Assembly: GCA_977030845.1 (NCBI GenBank)
Contig: OZ365115.1
Location: 14,012,001-14,076,000, forward strand
Direction of reading: 5' to 3'
DNA: 64,000 nucleotides
Source: Fimbriosthenelais zetlandica
Lineage: Eukaryota
The notes beneath the pieces were generated by a model. It made no database searches, had not been told where the DNA came from, and was given only the letters and a program-made list of their open reading frames with translations. The stretch's first letter is position 1; each line of letters opens with the position of its first letter. The position numbers and the translations under genes were made by a program. Shown piece by piece: positions 1-13,071 of the stretch.

Positions 1-442
1 AAGGCCAATAAAGTGTCTTTATAAATCATAAAAAGCCTTTAAAGATCCTTGAATTGTGTGCTGTTCCATGTAAATGGAGAGGCCTGTCTACTTAAGCCCA
101 AAAGACACAAGTGAATCAATGTAGACAAGATTAAAAAAGTCCATTAAAATGTTCTCAAACTTCTGCCAACAAACCGTTGGAAGCCTGGAGTTGGTGTAGC
201 GAAGAGTGGAATAAGATCAGTGTTGAAGATCTTCACCAGGGTTTCACACGTGTGTTTCTATATTGATATGACATGATGAATATAGACCCGGAGTGATATA
301 AAAATAATCACTAGGTATATACGTGTGGTCAGATATGGGAGTGGAGTAAATGAGATATATATGACGTGTGGCTATATACTTATATCATATATAGTGTATG
401 TTCTATCACTAGCATACATAATGTTTATCAGAATTAAGGCAG

Positions 443-632
443 TACTCCACTGCTGCCATTTTGTCTGCGACACTACTGTAAAAAAGGTGATGTTTGTGTC
501 GCAATGAAAAGTGTACCAGAGGAGGACCGCTTTAAGGCCCTGGAAATTTGGACTACAGTATATATTTTTAGTGCCAAACAAGCATCACTATTGTCGCAGT
601 ACTGTCGCAAGCAAAATCGCAGCTGTGGAGTA
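443..632. mobile_element. MITE family A copy 1 (palindromic, ~190 bp)
   Basis: Long imperfect TIRs: TACTCCACTGCTGC..TTTTG..TGCGACACTACTG..GGTGATGTTTGTGTCGCA at the left matches the reverse complement of the right end. The same element recurs at 21432, 31927 and 37388. Confidence 0.8.
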
Positions 633-3600
633 TGGCCATTAGGCACTGGGTGATTATCTCACTGCACGTTTAAAAAATAATTGCTAAAAAACTTCACTTT
701 TTCCAAGAGAGATATTTGATGAATTTTCCCGTCCGGATCTTTTTCGGGTGATTCAGAGAGCAGACTTTTAATGGTTTTTAACTTGTTAAACATCACGTAT
801 TATTGGGCACTCTATGATATCTGTGTCTATTTTTGTCTGTTAATTAACATGTATGCACTGTGTATGAGAACATGGACCTTTCATATGTTACTCTTCAGTG
901 GTGAAAGTATCCTCAATTGGAATAATATTCAATATAATAGAGCCCACAAGTTGCCTCGACTTTAGCAGAAGTATGTCGTGAAATCCCCCCCCCCCCCCCA
1001 CCCCTCACTTCCCCAGGCCCATAGAGCGTTGAAAATCATTTAATTATAATCCTTGAAATTGAATTAAAAATCCTTGAAAGTAACTTGAAAGAATCCTTTT
1101 ATCTTAGAATGGGAGAAAGACGATAATGTTATGATTTATATGGATAATCAAAAGGTAGCCATTTTGGATTATTTCCTCTGTTCTTTTTGCTTCAAGTCTT
1201 GAGGCAACTGTGAAGCTGAATTTCTGGATGTCATCTATAAATGTAAAAGTTACATTACTAAAGGTCCTTGTTCTCATACTCGCCCTTTGTTTTGAACGAT
1301 ACCGGCAAGCAAGCCACTGTAAATGAATATTCAATGCATGTACAGACAATACGTACAAATCGAAAAAAAAACTAATTAAAATATAACAAGCTTTAAACAT
1401 AAACAACTACATGGAATAATAACTTGTAGAAAGTCAAATATGCAAGAATAAAGTTGAGACTGGATGTAGATAAGGGGCGGTGCATAATCTTGCGATCACT
1501 TGCGCAACCTGTTTATCAAGCGAAGAACTTACAGTATCAGGGGCCATTTTTAACACGGATTCTGTAAACTTCGCTTATAATCAGGATTTTGAGTTCTCGT
1601 GGGGTTATACCCTGCCCCCACGGTTCTCGTTTGGTGTCCAGGGCTGGGGAATTAGTATTCAGCTTAGTTAATCTCAACTTTTGGTAGGTTGGGGACCAAA
1701 ATTTTGTTAGTTACTAGAATAATGTTCCAATAAGTGAACCTGCGAGCACTTGCCCACCTTACACGTCCCATGCTCGTCCTATTTTAGACACTCTCGCCTA
1801 TTTTGGTGACACTCTCGCCTATTTTGGTGCTAGTTTGGAAGCTTGAGACGTAGATGCTGCATGTAGATAGTGTCTCAATCATTCATGCAATTTTCATTGG
1901 AAAAAAAACTCATTTTCACAACAACAAAATTATTTCGCGGAGAAAAAAAACTCTTGAGAACCTAAAATAAAACCCCGATTAATCTGACTATGTCCTGGTG
2001 GCGAGATAATTTTATACTTTTTATTTCTTTGCAATTTAAATTTTGCTGAAATTTTGGCATCAGTTTATGAAGAAATTGATCTTATTGAGGAGATTTTGTC
2101 TTTGATTTGGCTTGGTTCAGCGAGCCGTGAATCTGTAGTGTTTTTGATTCCATTGTAGTACCTGATAGTGATTTAAATTTATGCTAGACAGATGAGAACT
2201 AAACCAAGCAACCCCTATCACACGCCCCAGGTATATTTCACAAATTTACTGTTAGGAACAAAAAGCTTGTGATCTCTACGTTAAACAGCTGTGCCTGCCT
2301 TGTATGCCGACCTCTCTCTGCTATCTAGTTGTGAACACCGTTTGGTGTGTATTTGGAAACCTTGTGTTACCCCTGAGCTGGGCTCATATATTCTCCCCAT
2401 TCACAGCTAAACCCATAGAAGGATATGGTAAACCTTCCTCGTGCTATATCACCCACATACCCCACCCTAGTATCATACTGCATCTGTACCCATCCATGCC
2501 TCTCACCTCTCACTGCATGTCTCTCATTCTCTATGCCTCTCACTCTCTCTGAGTCTCTCTACTGTGTAGTAGTTAGTTGTACCTCTAGTTTTGTTATCCG
2601 CTGGTCCTCCCTCAGTGTCTCTAGTTGATAGTGTGTGTTGTGTCAGTAGATTTGTCCATATTAGGGTAGACACCCTCAAAGAGGCCCAACATGTTTGCAC
2701 AAGAATCTGCAGATGAATGGAGAAGGAAAGTGGCAGACCCTCTCAACCCTCTAACCCGGCCCGACACAACGACCAAACCTAAACTGGAGCCTGCTTCTAG
2801 AATAAGGGTGAAATTTTTCCTTGAATCTATATTTTTTACCATTTTTGATACCGACCTCATTTATTTTCACCAATAAGTTCTTACCCCAAACCCCTTTTCG
2901 GTCAAACCAATTCTTCCAACACTTCCCCCCGTTAAGTTTGTATATGCTTCTCAGTATTCTGTCCAACATGAAATTCATTCACCGCAAAACAGAACAAAAT
3001 AATGTATTCTACCCTAATATTTTTGCTGTCACAGTGTACATTCACTTTGGTACCTCTTCCCTGATTACCCAGTGCTGTAAGGCCTCATGGCGCAGTCCTG
3101 TCTTGGTTTAGACACGGACTTATAGTCCGCTGTTGATTGGTTGGAAACGCGGCGAAAGTCGAGAAGATAATCAGGAAAGACTGACCAGAGATGACTGGCG
3201 AATGTGCTGTCACAGCTGGGTTGTGTGTTGTGTAGGAACTGTTGAGATGGTCCCACTTTCTGCTGAAGTCAGAGTGGTAAGGGCAGGAGAGGAGGAAGAG
3301 GAGGAGGAGGAGGGGGTATTCTCCATCATCAGAGCTGCAGCTGTGTGGTGGTACCACGCCCCAGCCCGCTGCCCTGTATCATTTAGGCTACATCATGCAA
3401 TTCAAAAAAACCAAATAAAGTAAAAAGAAATAAAAACCATGACAAACCATAGATTGCTAAATCTAATCTTTTCTCTTTTCTCCATGCGTCGCTTGCGGAT
3501 GGGTACAGGAGCTTGAGGTACGGGCGCAGACTTTGATCTGTTGGATGCACATATAGAGTGTTGACTAGTATGATGAGTACAGTACCAGTAGTGGCCATCT

Positions 3601-4525
3601 CATAAGTTCACTTTGATTTCTCTCCTCAGTTGTTCTGCATGCCGTCTCTCCTAAATTGACTGTTTGATTTGTGTGTATTCTCTATATATATTATATTATA
3701 TATATGTATATCCATGCCATGTTGTCTGTGTCAGCTTTTTACATGACAACCCACATCAACCACTTGTGTTTCCCTTGACAACCTTTGGTCGCCATGGTTA
3801 CTCACCACCGATCACCAATGGTTGTGTCCTTGGATATCTCAAACCTCACACAGCACACAGTGACGGCCCTCGGCGTCTCTCCGGCTATTTCATGCCTCAG
3901 TTATTATTTTTTTCCAAATTATGTTTGGGGGCCGTGGTCCCCATGGTAACCTATTATGCTGTCATAGTTTGGATTCCACCTGAAGTCTCATTTGTCTGAT
4001 ATCCTATACATCATCATCCTTCCTCTTTTGCCCCTGCAAATTCTCTCTTTCTACTCTCGACCTAGACACAGTGTTTTGTCCATGTCCTCCTGATGTATAT
4101 TTAACATATTTCTGTGCGCTGAACATGTCGCAGACTATTTTTTGGTCCTCCTGATATTTGCGCATCGTGTTTGACGCACTATGTTCCTCCTCCTCTCCCC
4201 GCGTATGCTTCATCCACCCTCTATATGTGACCCAAAACACAAGAGCAGTCAGGCAGCCATTAATTCATATACGCCAACAAGTAGGCCAAAAAGTACTGCT
4301 TCCAACTCTACCTACTTCTCCCTACTACTACTACTACTGCTACTACTACTACAAAACTGGCACAAAATCAGCCAATGAGAGATGTTCAGAGTTTGGCATC
4401 AGCCAAAGGGAGACACGATTATCTGTCTGTATGTTCCACTCATTGACACAAGTGGTGATGCTTGCCTAGGTTGTGTGTGCCACCATGCTCATGGGTTGCT
4501 GACTCCTTCATTTTTGATGTTTCAG

Positions 4526-7500
4526 TTCTTTATTGAGCTAAGTCGTATCAAGAAATGTTTCACCCAGAAAGGCGGCATATTTGTACTAGAGGAATTTGGT
4601 AAGATCACTGTAGCACTTTTTTGGTTTTTTCCTCTTCTCCTTGTACCAGCTTTTTGACTTGGTTCTGTACACACATCAGTGTTCGTGTTTTTTGGCCAGT
4701 GGGAATGTCTTAACATTACTAACAGTATTAGATGGCATGGGAGCGTGCATGCGCCTATTGTGCCCTGGTATACATGTATATACATATAATAAATGTAAGG
4801 TTTTTTCAGGGTTTAAGTCTAATGTTCATTTTGCCTGCATGGTATTGGTATACTATTCTCTCTCTCTCTCTCTGACCATGTACCATCGCTCAGTATTTGT
4901 CTTCAGTGCTACTCAGATCTGTCCGTGAAAATGTCCAAAATGTGAGTCACAACTCTCTGTGTCTCTTCGTGCCCTTACTAAGGGTCTTAACCTTCCCCGG
5001 GTCTTCCTGGCCTGACTAAGGGTCCTACCCTTCCCCGTGTCTCTTCCTGGCCTTACTAAGGGTCCTAACTTTCCCGGGTACTGAATCACATTATAATTGA
5101 ATATATAGAGTATGCCACTGAAGGTAAATCTTGACTATGTCTGTCATGGTCTTTCTCTCGTATTATTTAATATGGCCTGTAACCTACTGGTATTATGGTA
5201 TTCTTTACTCTCCGAGGGCCAGAAATGTTGTCTCCAAGCTAAACAACCTCTGCTACTTCTTCAATAATTTGCTAAAAAGTGTAAAAAAAAAATAATCCCA
5301 AGTAATGCTTTTTTCTACATTTCCATTTTTTGTCATGATTGTTACCTTCCTGCCTTTCATAAGTAATATTAAGTCAAATTTTAATAAATTATTAAGTCTT
5401 GGGAGATATTATATATTTAACTTTATATTGAAATATGTTACAACTATTTTATTGACCTTCTTACGTGTAATTAAACAATGGATCTAGATTTGAAATAAGA
5501 AGGAACTATTTTTCTCAAGTGTATGGTTTAAAATGCATGTGCAGCTTTGTGAAATTACTTGAATATCTTCTACATAAGGAGTTGGATCTGCCCCTGTTTT
5601 GGGGATACCTAGTGGTTTGGTTACTGCATTGCTTTGGTCCATCTTTTAACCCCTGCTAACGTCCTTTCATTGGTACATCTTAAGTTAATCTCTAACATTA
5701 ATCTTCAACAACAAAATCCTTTACTAAATCTTTCACAGTGATTTAATAATTCAAAATTTATGACGTTTTCAATTTTATTTTTCATTAGAATGAAAGATTT
5801 ATTCAAGAGAAACTACCTACAAATTTTCCTTATTTTCTAAAGTACATTATAATCTGAGAATTTTTCGCGTTTATGTGCATCAATGTCGTATAAATTTGCT
5901 ATAATTAAAAGCGACCATTGTCTGACCTGATTTGTCTGACCTTCACCTTGACCCATGACCTTGGAGCATGTGACCCGATGCCCCGCCTCGGTGCATGGTG
6001 CTGCTATGAATGCCAGCAGATACATTTTAAGCTTCTATCCTCTCTTCTCTCTTCTCCATGACTAAACTTTTCTGCTCTGTCCAAAAATTTTCCAGATTCC
6101 AAAACTAGGAAAGTAATGCAACGGCGGTACAAGTCGAACATGGTGAGTAGGAGACTTTATTACTTTAAGGATATTTTATAAGTTTACTCTGTATTTCTGG
6201 GTCATTTAGGCATGTTTTATCATGTAAGAGTTTCATCAGTTTTTCCACTTAGATTGGATTTTATACATTATTGACTTTCCAAGTGCTGAAAAACTTGATC
6301 GAAGCAATTCAGGCAGTTTGTTGTCTTAAATTTACTAGACGTTTCTGGATCTAGGACTGAGTTTTGGGTTTCCCTCATGTGATCCAATGTCTGGATCCTG
6401 CTAGTTCTCTTCTAGATGTGGTGTGCCTCAGAGATTGGTCTTGAGACCTGGGCTATCTAAGGCTTAGTAAAGAGATCCACTCCTTGGTCTACCCACAACA
6501 ACCCTACCTTCATTGCTGTCCATCTCCTCTAGCAGTTCCCATGAGAGACATGGTTAACATGGTTATGGAAGACATGGTTAACAAAGATTTGTGCATTAGT
6601 TTCCATAAAGTAAAATCTTTACACGAACAGACAATTCACTTTCCAACGCTTCAGATTACTTTAGACTCTTTCCATTGTCCCAATATTGTCTTGTCGGGTT
6701 CTGTTTAAGCCTGAGTTTATTTAATGATGATGATTTTCCACCAAACAGATTTTACCTACCCTTCCCTTGTATGCCTAGTACATGTATTATTAGTCCATTG
6801 AGCTACTACCTTTTACCCTGTTCATGTTAGAGTTCATGAATTTATGATTTTTGTTGTATTTATGTCAATATTTCACTTAGTTTAGTATTTTGACCTGCTG
6901 GATTTCTGTTTTACTAAAAAAAAACCTAAGATCCTAGTATGATTCTGAATTCCCATTTTCGCATATGTAAGTTAACAAGAATTGGACCTTCCCTGTGATC
7001 GATAAATTGTTTTTTGCCTGAAGTGGTATACACATTTGAAAACTGTTATCCATATATTAGCAAAATTGCCCATATCCATATCAACATCAAAATGAAAAAA
7101 GAAATCTTCCAAAAGTGTTGATCATGAACTTACTATTATAAATGAATTTGAGATATATTATTTTGCTCAGAAAAATGAGAAATCCAGCATGTCTGCTGTA
7201 GGTATGATTTGAGTATGGACTTATGTTGTTGTATTTTCTGTTCCCTTTGTTGTATGGTACCCCACCCTTACAGGCCAGTGGTATAGCTCTAGCACTGCAC
7301 AGAACCATAACAGTTAAAATCCAGCGACTAGCTGCGGCTTCACGAGCTGAGACAATCATAGAGGAACCCGAGGATACAACAGACGCTCACTCTGACACTA
7401 CTATTATTACACTGGGTAAAACGACGTCAGTAGGTGACATAACGTCACTATCTAAATCACCGTCTACAGCGTCACTGTCAGAGCAGACTGATGATACAGA

Positions 7501-9236
7501 TATACAGAGACAAACTGATACCACCTATAGTAATGGTAGAACACAAGGCATGACAGCTCCCAATGACAAAACTATCATGAACGGAACGTTAAATAACAAT
7601 ATACCAAACGCCACGCGGGAGATTACAAACAAGAACATGAAGAAAGGGGAAAATGAGACGGGAGTTGACAGGAGGAGTGTGACAGACCCGCCACAGTGAC
7701 AGGAAAGATGAAGTGGGTTTAAAATGTGGATTACAGAGATTTGGACTCTCAGCACTGCTTTAACTATACTAACTACTGCACCTGGTGCATTACTTACTTA
7801 CAAGGCTGGACTAGAAACAAGATAGCTGATGTACATAGCACTACTGACTCTTATAAGCTGGACCTGGGGCGGCCATGTTTAGAGCACATAAGATAAGCTT
7901 GGAGAATGTAGGATGAATGGTAATCTTTATCAACGAAGCCTGTTTCATAATCATAGGCTACAGTATAGTTATGAAACAATCCCGGGGGCCTGTTTCTTAA
8001 TAGATTATGAAATAGTGGCCAGGTTTCTGATTGTCTGAAGCTAGATTACTGATTCATATCCTCTCTTGACAAGTCAGAAAGGCATCAAGCGATCATACAG
8101 TGATCTGATCTACCTGTCTCTGATAGGGGCAGACATATTAAAATCTAAACTGAAGATAAATAGATGAATTAAATACATTACTGATTCATCGTGTATTCTC
8201 AAGCTAACCATGCACCGCCAGTACTTCAACTAACGTTAAAATTGTATCCTTCTGTACTGTTTGTCTCCCCCTCTAATATTGGTTTCAATATTTCGATGCC
8301 TGACCTACTTTACATTGAAATAACTTTTCCCTCTGTACTAATGCTGCAGACTCCTGCAGTTTAGCAATTTTTTAAACTGCTTTCAGCTTTGAATTGTGTT
8401 ACATGAGGCTGTAAAATAAGTCAAGATATGCTTGGCTATTTTTCTAAATCAATGCTTAGTTGCAGGCATGTTTCTGTAGATATTCAGCTGTTGATTTACT
8501 TTATAAGGGAGTCTTGGTCTATTGCTACTAACTGATTCTGAGGCCGGTTCTGGTTGGAGGTTCCTCAGTCAATATGGCTGACATCCATGAGCCTATAAGG
8601 TCTAAGTTAGACTAACCGGACTCTCTACTCTCATCTGGGTTTAAGGTTCATTTCTTGACGTCCATCTTGCAGAATGTTTTGGTTTACATAATAACAGCTC
8701 ATCTATTCTCAATTCTGATTCTCTTCAGTAGACTTAACATATATCTTACCTTATTATTTCAATGAAAATATTCTTGATATCTTAGTTAATTTATATGCAG
8801 TCTGCCCCCAATATTCTTGATTTCATGAGGAATCCGTTTCCATTAAATTCATCTATTTCCCATACATGCATTATGATTGTGATGTTTGTATTCTGTAAAT
8901 ATTCTGTAATATTTTCATTGATATCTTAATTCTTGGTATTCATTATCAGATATCTTTACATCATTTGCAGTCTGTAGTTCTCACTCTTATCTATGATACA
9001 AGTATACGTTTCTACCCCATGTTTACGTTATATTTCAGGCTGATAGGATCTGTTCTGCTGTTTTGTGTGTATTATAGTACATGTATACGTTTCTAGTCCA
9101 TCTTTACCTTGTCTTTCAGGCTGATAGGATCTGTTATGCTGTTCTCTGTGTATTCTCCTACGTGGCTGCTGGAATGGAAGCTCGACAACAAATGTTGGAA
9201 GCGGCCCAGCGATCCGGCGTCTCCAAGACACTATAG
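4526..9236 (+). CDS. MADD: MADD / Rab3 GEF (DENN/IG20, AEX-3 family), last three coding exons: 4526-4598, 6096-6142, 9120-9236; 5' exons not found in the window
   Basis: GT-AG exons join in phase (1, 0) to give FFIELSRIKKCFTQKGGIFVLEEF-D-SKTRKVMQRRYKSNM-ADRICYAVLCVFSYVAAGMEARQQMLEAAQRSGVSKTL*. This matches the recalled MADD C-terminus (..IEL..IKKC..GVFVLEEF..YK..MA.EICY.VLC.FSYVAA). Confidence 0.93.
4960..5078. repeat. ~40-bp tandem repeat, ~3 copies, in MADD intron
   Basis: Recurring CCTTACTAAGGGTCCTAACCTTCCCCG-like unit. Confidence 0.75.
7274..7699 (+). CDS. Candidate alternative terminal exon of MADD (141 aa, Thr/Ser/Asp/Asn-rich tail)
   Basis: Pyrimidine-rich acceptor ending TTACAG at 7273; phase 0 fits the donor at 6142; 142-codon open frame in AT-rich intron DNA; begins ASGIALALHRT, resembling ADRICYAVLCV. 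Confidence 0.55.
   Translation, partial: ASGIALALHRTITVKIQRLAAASRAETIIEEPEDTTDAHSDTTIITLGKTTSVGDITSLSKSPSTASLSEQTDDTDIQRQTDTTYSNGRTQGMTAPNDKTIMNGTLNNNIPNATREITNKNMKKGENETGVDRRSVTDPPQ
8997..9158 (+). repeat. 81-bp tandem duplication of the MADD last-exon acceptor and first 13 codons
   Basis: TTTCAG|GCTGATAGGATCTGTT occurs at 9039 and 9120. The upstream copy reads ADRICSAVLCVL* (stop 9075-9077). Confidence 0.9.
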
Positions 9237-12200
9237 CACACGGCTCTAAAGGTCCGCGAGACCCTCGCGACGTGCGATACGCTCGTCACGAGTCGGCGAC
9301 ACCTCTCGTAAAGGTTAGCTGGCGACGAGCGACGTACGAGCCGCGCATAACGGGTCCGCGGCACCTCGTGAAAAACCCAGAACAATGTTCTGCACAAAAA
9401 CAAAACACACACAAAAAACCCTGCCTTTTTCACTTGAAAGTGGTGATAAATTCCATATACCCTTCACTGCCTCCAGTAGGACGGCGGTGAACCAGCTGAA
9501 TATTAATGAAAATATATTATATATTCACAAATAGACCTCCAGTTTGTATGGAGAAGATATAGGTGATTATGGTTGACATTTAGGTTGGTTTAAATATAGA
9601 GGGTCTACAGAATACTGTAGTTTATAAAGATTATTTTGGATTTATAGACAAACAATAGACTTCTTTTTATCAACTTTACCAAATTGCATGAGATTGAAAA
9701 TACACGGTTTTTTTATGATGTTTGGGAGAGCTGAATCACTCCTATAGTAGAATATAGAGTGAGTATATAGGAGGGAGAAATGACAAAGAAACCTGCCCGA
9801 CCTTCACGATTAGTCAAAACTCATGAGAAAAAAACACATTTTTCAGGTATTTTTTCACAGATCCTTTCACTTTGGATGTAATCTATGCAGTAGCCATTGT
9901 TGGCGCTGTTCAGTGTTGGTTGTACTTTTTGGTGGGAATATATTCAGATTTACATTTACACCCTAGTTGGTTTTTTTACCTCATGCCTTGGTGAAGTCCT
10001 CTAAGTTGTCTATGTTTGGTGAGGGGTATAATAAGGTAGAGTTGTTATGTATTTACCAATATTTATGTATGGTGCTATAAAACCCAGTAAAAGTTTCTAC
10101 CCTGATTGACGGATCCCAAGTCCACAAGCACTACACATTGATTTGTTGATGTAAATAGAGTTAACTTAAAGTTATACAGACTTATAGAGACTTTACTTCA
10201 CCCATCTCTGTATAGAGATCTTCACCCGTGTATGGTCTGTTTGTTGATGACCTATAGACACGTGTTTAGTACATATATAGACTATTTTTGCTGCTCTTGA
10301 CCCTGGTGACAAGCGTTAAACATTCCACATATTAGGATTATTTTCTCTTCGGTAGCTGTGATATTTATTGTCCCCGGCGCTTGCCCCGGGAGTGTGACCT
10401 TCCCTCGACTCGGTCAGTATTGGCCTTTTGCAATTTTTTGTTTTTTTTATAATAATTTGTAACGCTAAGGGTGGTGTGAAGTAATTCTGCTTATGTCTGC
10501 TTTCTGACTCTGTAAGGAACTTTGCTGGTTTGGGACATGCTTGGGTCCCAAAGTTTGGGACTAGCTTGTGTCCCATTTCCCCAAAATTTGTTCCTGAAAC
10601 TGAATCTAACCAAACCCAATCAGTGGAGAATCTGGCATCTAGACAGTATGCAAAACATGTCCATGCATTTTGTACAGAGAAACTCGCAACCCAAATGTAA
10701 CAATGACTTAAGATGAAATAATATTTTGGTCAAATGATTATTTTTGAATTAGGTTGTGTTAATATGGTGTTAAATAATGAATCTAGGTGTGAACATACCC
10801 CTCAAGGTGACAAACTTACCCTCTATATTTACAATGAATATGTCCATGTTAGATTAGCTACAATTTAAATATTTAACATATATTATACCTACATGTGAAG
10901 GGCTTCCTAGCCATTATATTTGACTTTTATGAAGATTTGAATATTTGGATTTATATTTTGGCATAGAGTGAGTCGTGTGTGTGATATGGTGTCTTGTGAG
11001 TTGTCGGTCGCGCGGCCTTTTTGTGGTCTACATGCTGCTCGGACGTTTCTATTTCATGAATAATAATCGGTGTTGATTAATGGTCGTACCCCTGTGTACA
11101 TTTTAATGTAAGTATTGAAGTAAAAATACTTCATTACCTACAAACAGGATTCTGTACTTTTTGTTCTTCACTCTGGGATTGTACATCGTCAAAACACCGT
11201 CAGTAGATCAGATAGCTGACTTACAGTGGTATGATGTAATGTCCTAGAGTGTGGTATAAAAATGACTATTTGTGCTGCCACCTAGTGGTATTAATGCGAA
11301 TCTCTCCTCGAGTGTTCTTGTGTCTTGGTCTTTCAATGATTCCAGCGTATCCCTGTGTAAAAAGTGCCACAAGGAAAATGATCATGTCAAATAGGAATGT
11401 ACCAGATTTATATTTCACAGAGCTATATCTATATAATATATATATTATCTACATATACAATACAATATTTATATAACATTAATTATATATACAGGAAAAC
11501 CTAAAGAGTTTCACATTAAGCAGTACACTGTGGCCCTGTGTGGTGAACAGTGTACTGGTCATTCTTTATATTTGCTTTAAAAATGAAAATAACGACATCG
11601 CCTTGTGGCGACACTGCTGTGCCCGCTGCCATCCTCGGTGTGGTGGTTGGGTTTAATTGCTGAGTGCGGGACCCATGTACCCCGCAGGCTCAGTCACAAT
11701 ATTACAGTGAGACTAGATTCGGAATTTGGTGCTTTTCACTATGACGATGATGTATTGCGCAGAAACCAAAGCCAACGAAAAAAAATCTCGACATGGAACT
11801 GTTTACGGTCTGTTATGACCTTATCTTTGGTTCCTAAAGCGGCTCTATCACTGATCTGTGATGGGTGATAAATAGGCCACTTTTGATATAGATTCTAGTT
11901 TGGGCATTGGCTATAAAGATCTGCCAATCACAGCTTAGATCTCAGCAAGTTCCAGTCACACTGTAATGTGCTGCCAAAAATAAGAGCAGTGGAGAAGAGA
12001 TGAACTAGTAATCTGATTCTCGATGCACGATCAGCGATAGAGCCACTTTACTGTCAATTATTTATCTCAATTTTAACAAATCCTTTGGTCGGTGACCTAT
12101 GGTTTTAGTTTAACAAAGTGCCACTATTTGATTCAGCCGTGTTGTATTGTACCATTCCAAACATAAAAACTGAAGTGAAAACAAACAGAGACGATGTGAA

Positions 12201-12760
12201 GATGAGACCTGTAAGCCATGGTCGACCAACGCTGCCCGTTGCAGCTCTAATGTATACTAACTTTTCTACTTCCGAAGAATGTCCAAGTCCTTGCTTATTG
12301 ATTTAAGAGAGAAGAAAGTGAGCATTACCGTGTAGTAAATGAAGCAGCCTGCACTGTGTACATTATTGCCGCCTGCTGTTGAACAGCAAGTCCCTCAACA
12401 TACCTGGTAGTAAGACAATTGGGCTGTGCAAATTTTGGGCGATGATAGAAGAATCTAGTCATTTCTAAGACGATCCCGAGAATAGGAATCAGATTCAGTT
12501 AAGTGTAGAAGGATCAGAATGCAAATTCGCCAAAGCAATAGGATGGTTTTATTTCACTATAGATTATGATATTGTATTATATTGCACAATATAAATAATA
12601 GTCCCCGCGCACTGCCCGGACTGGGCGGCGCAAGGCTGCACGACGCGAAGTGGCTGTTGTTATGTTCCAATGTTGACATTTCTGTATGATAAATCCATGT
12701 ATACTTACTGTAAACGGGCCTCGTTCACTCAATGCATGTTAAATATATACAGGTTTATAA

Positions 12761-12958
12761 GGGATGCAAGTCTGCAAGCATTCTCAAATGTAATTTCCGA
12801 CAACTCAAATTTCAAGAATTTAACTGATATTTATATTCACTGAATTAGGACTGATGGTAGAAAATATACTAGGAATAATGATGGCGTGAATTTATGTTTA
12901 TTTTAGGTTAAACTATACTCAGAATCTGGATTTTTTTTCATAGCCTGACTTGCATCCC
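12761..12958. mobile_element. Small MITE-like element
   Basis: Perfect 12-bp TIR GGGATGCAAGTC / GACTTGCATCCC around an AT-rich core. Confidence 0.55.
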
Positions 12959-13071
12959 GAGATTATAAATGATACCATTATTGACAAACTGTCAATCAAC
13001 ATATTGACTCCTCCTCCTCCTCTGCTCAGTGTATCACTATAGTCCCTTAGCCTTAACTTACATTCCATGTA

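Noticed and set aside
1104-1406. 100-aa minus-strand ORF
   Set aside because: No recognisable motif or supporting splice structure; plausible by chance in a MADD intron.
2621-3884. Minus-strand exon-like chain (3884-3806, ~3373-3190, ~2707-2621) that joins in phase
   Set aside because: No start codon, two purine-rich acceptors and no recognisable homology; not supportable as a nested gene.
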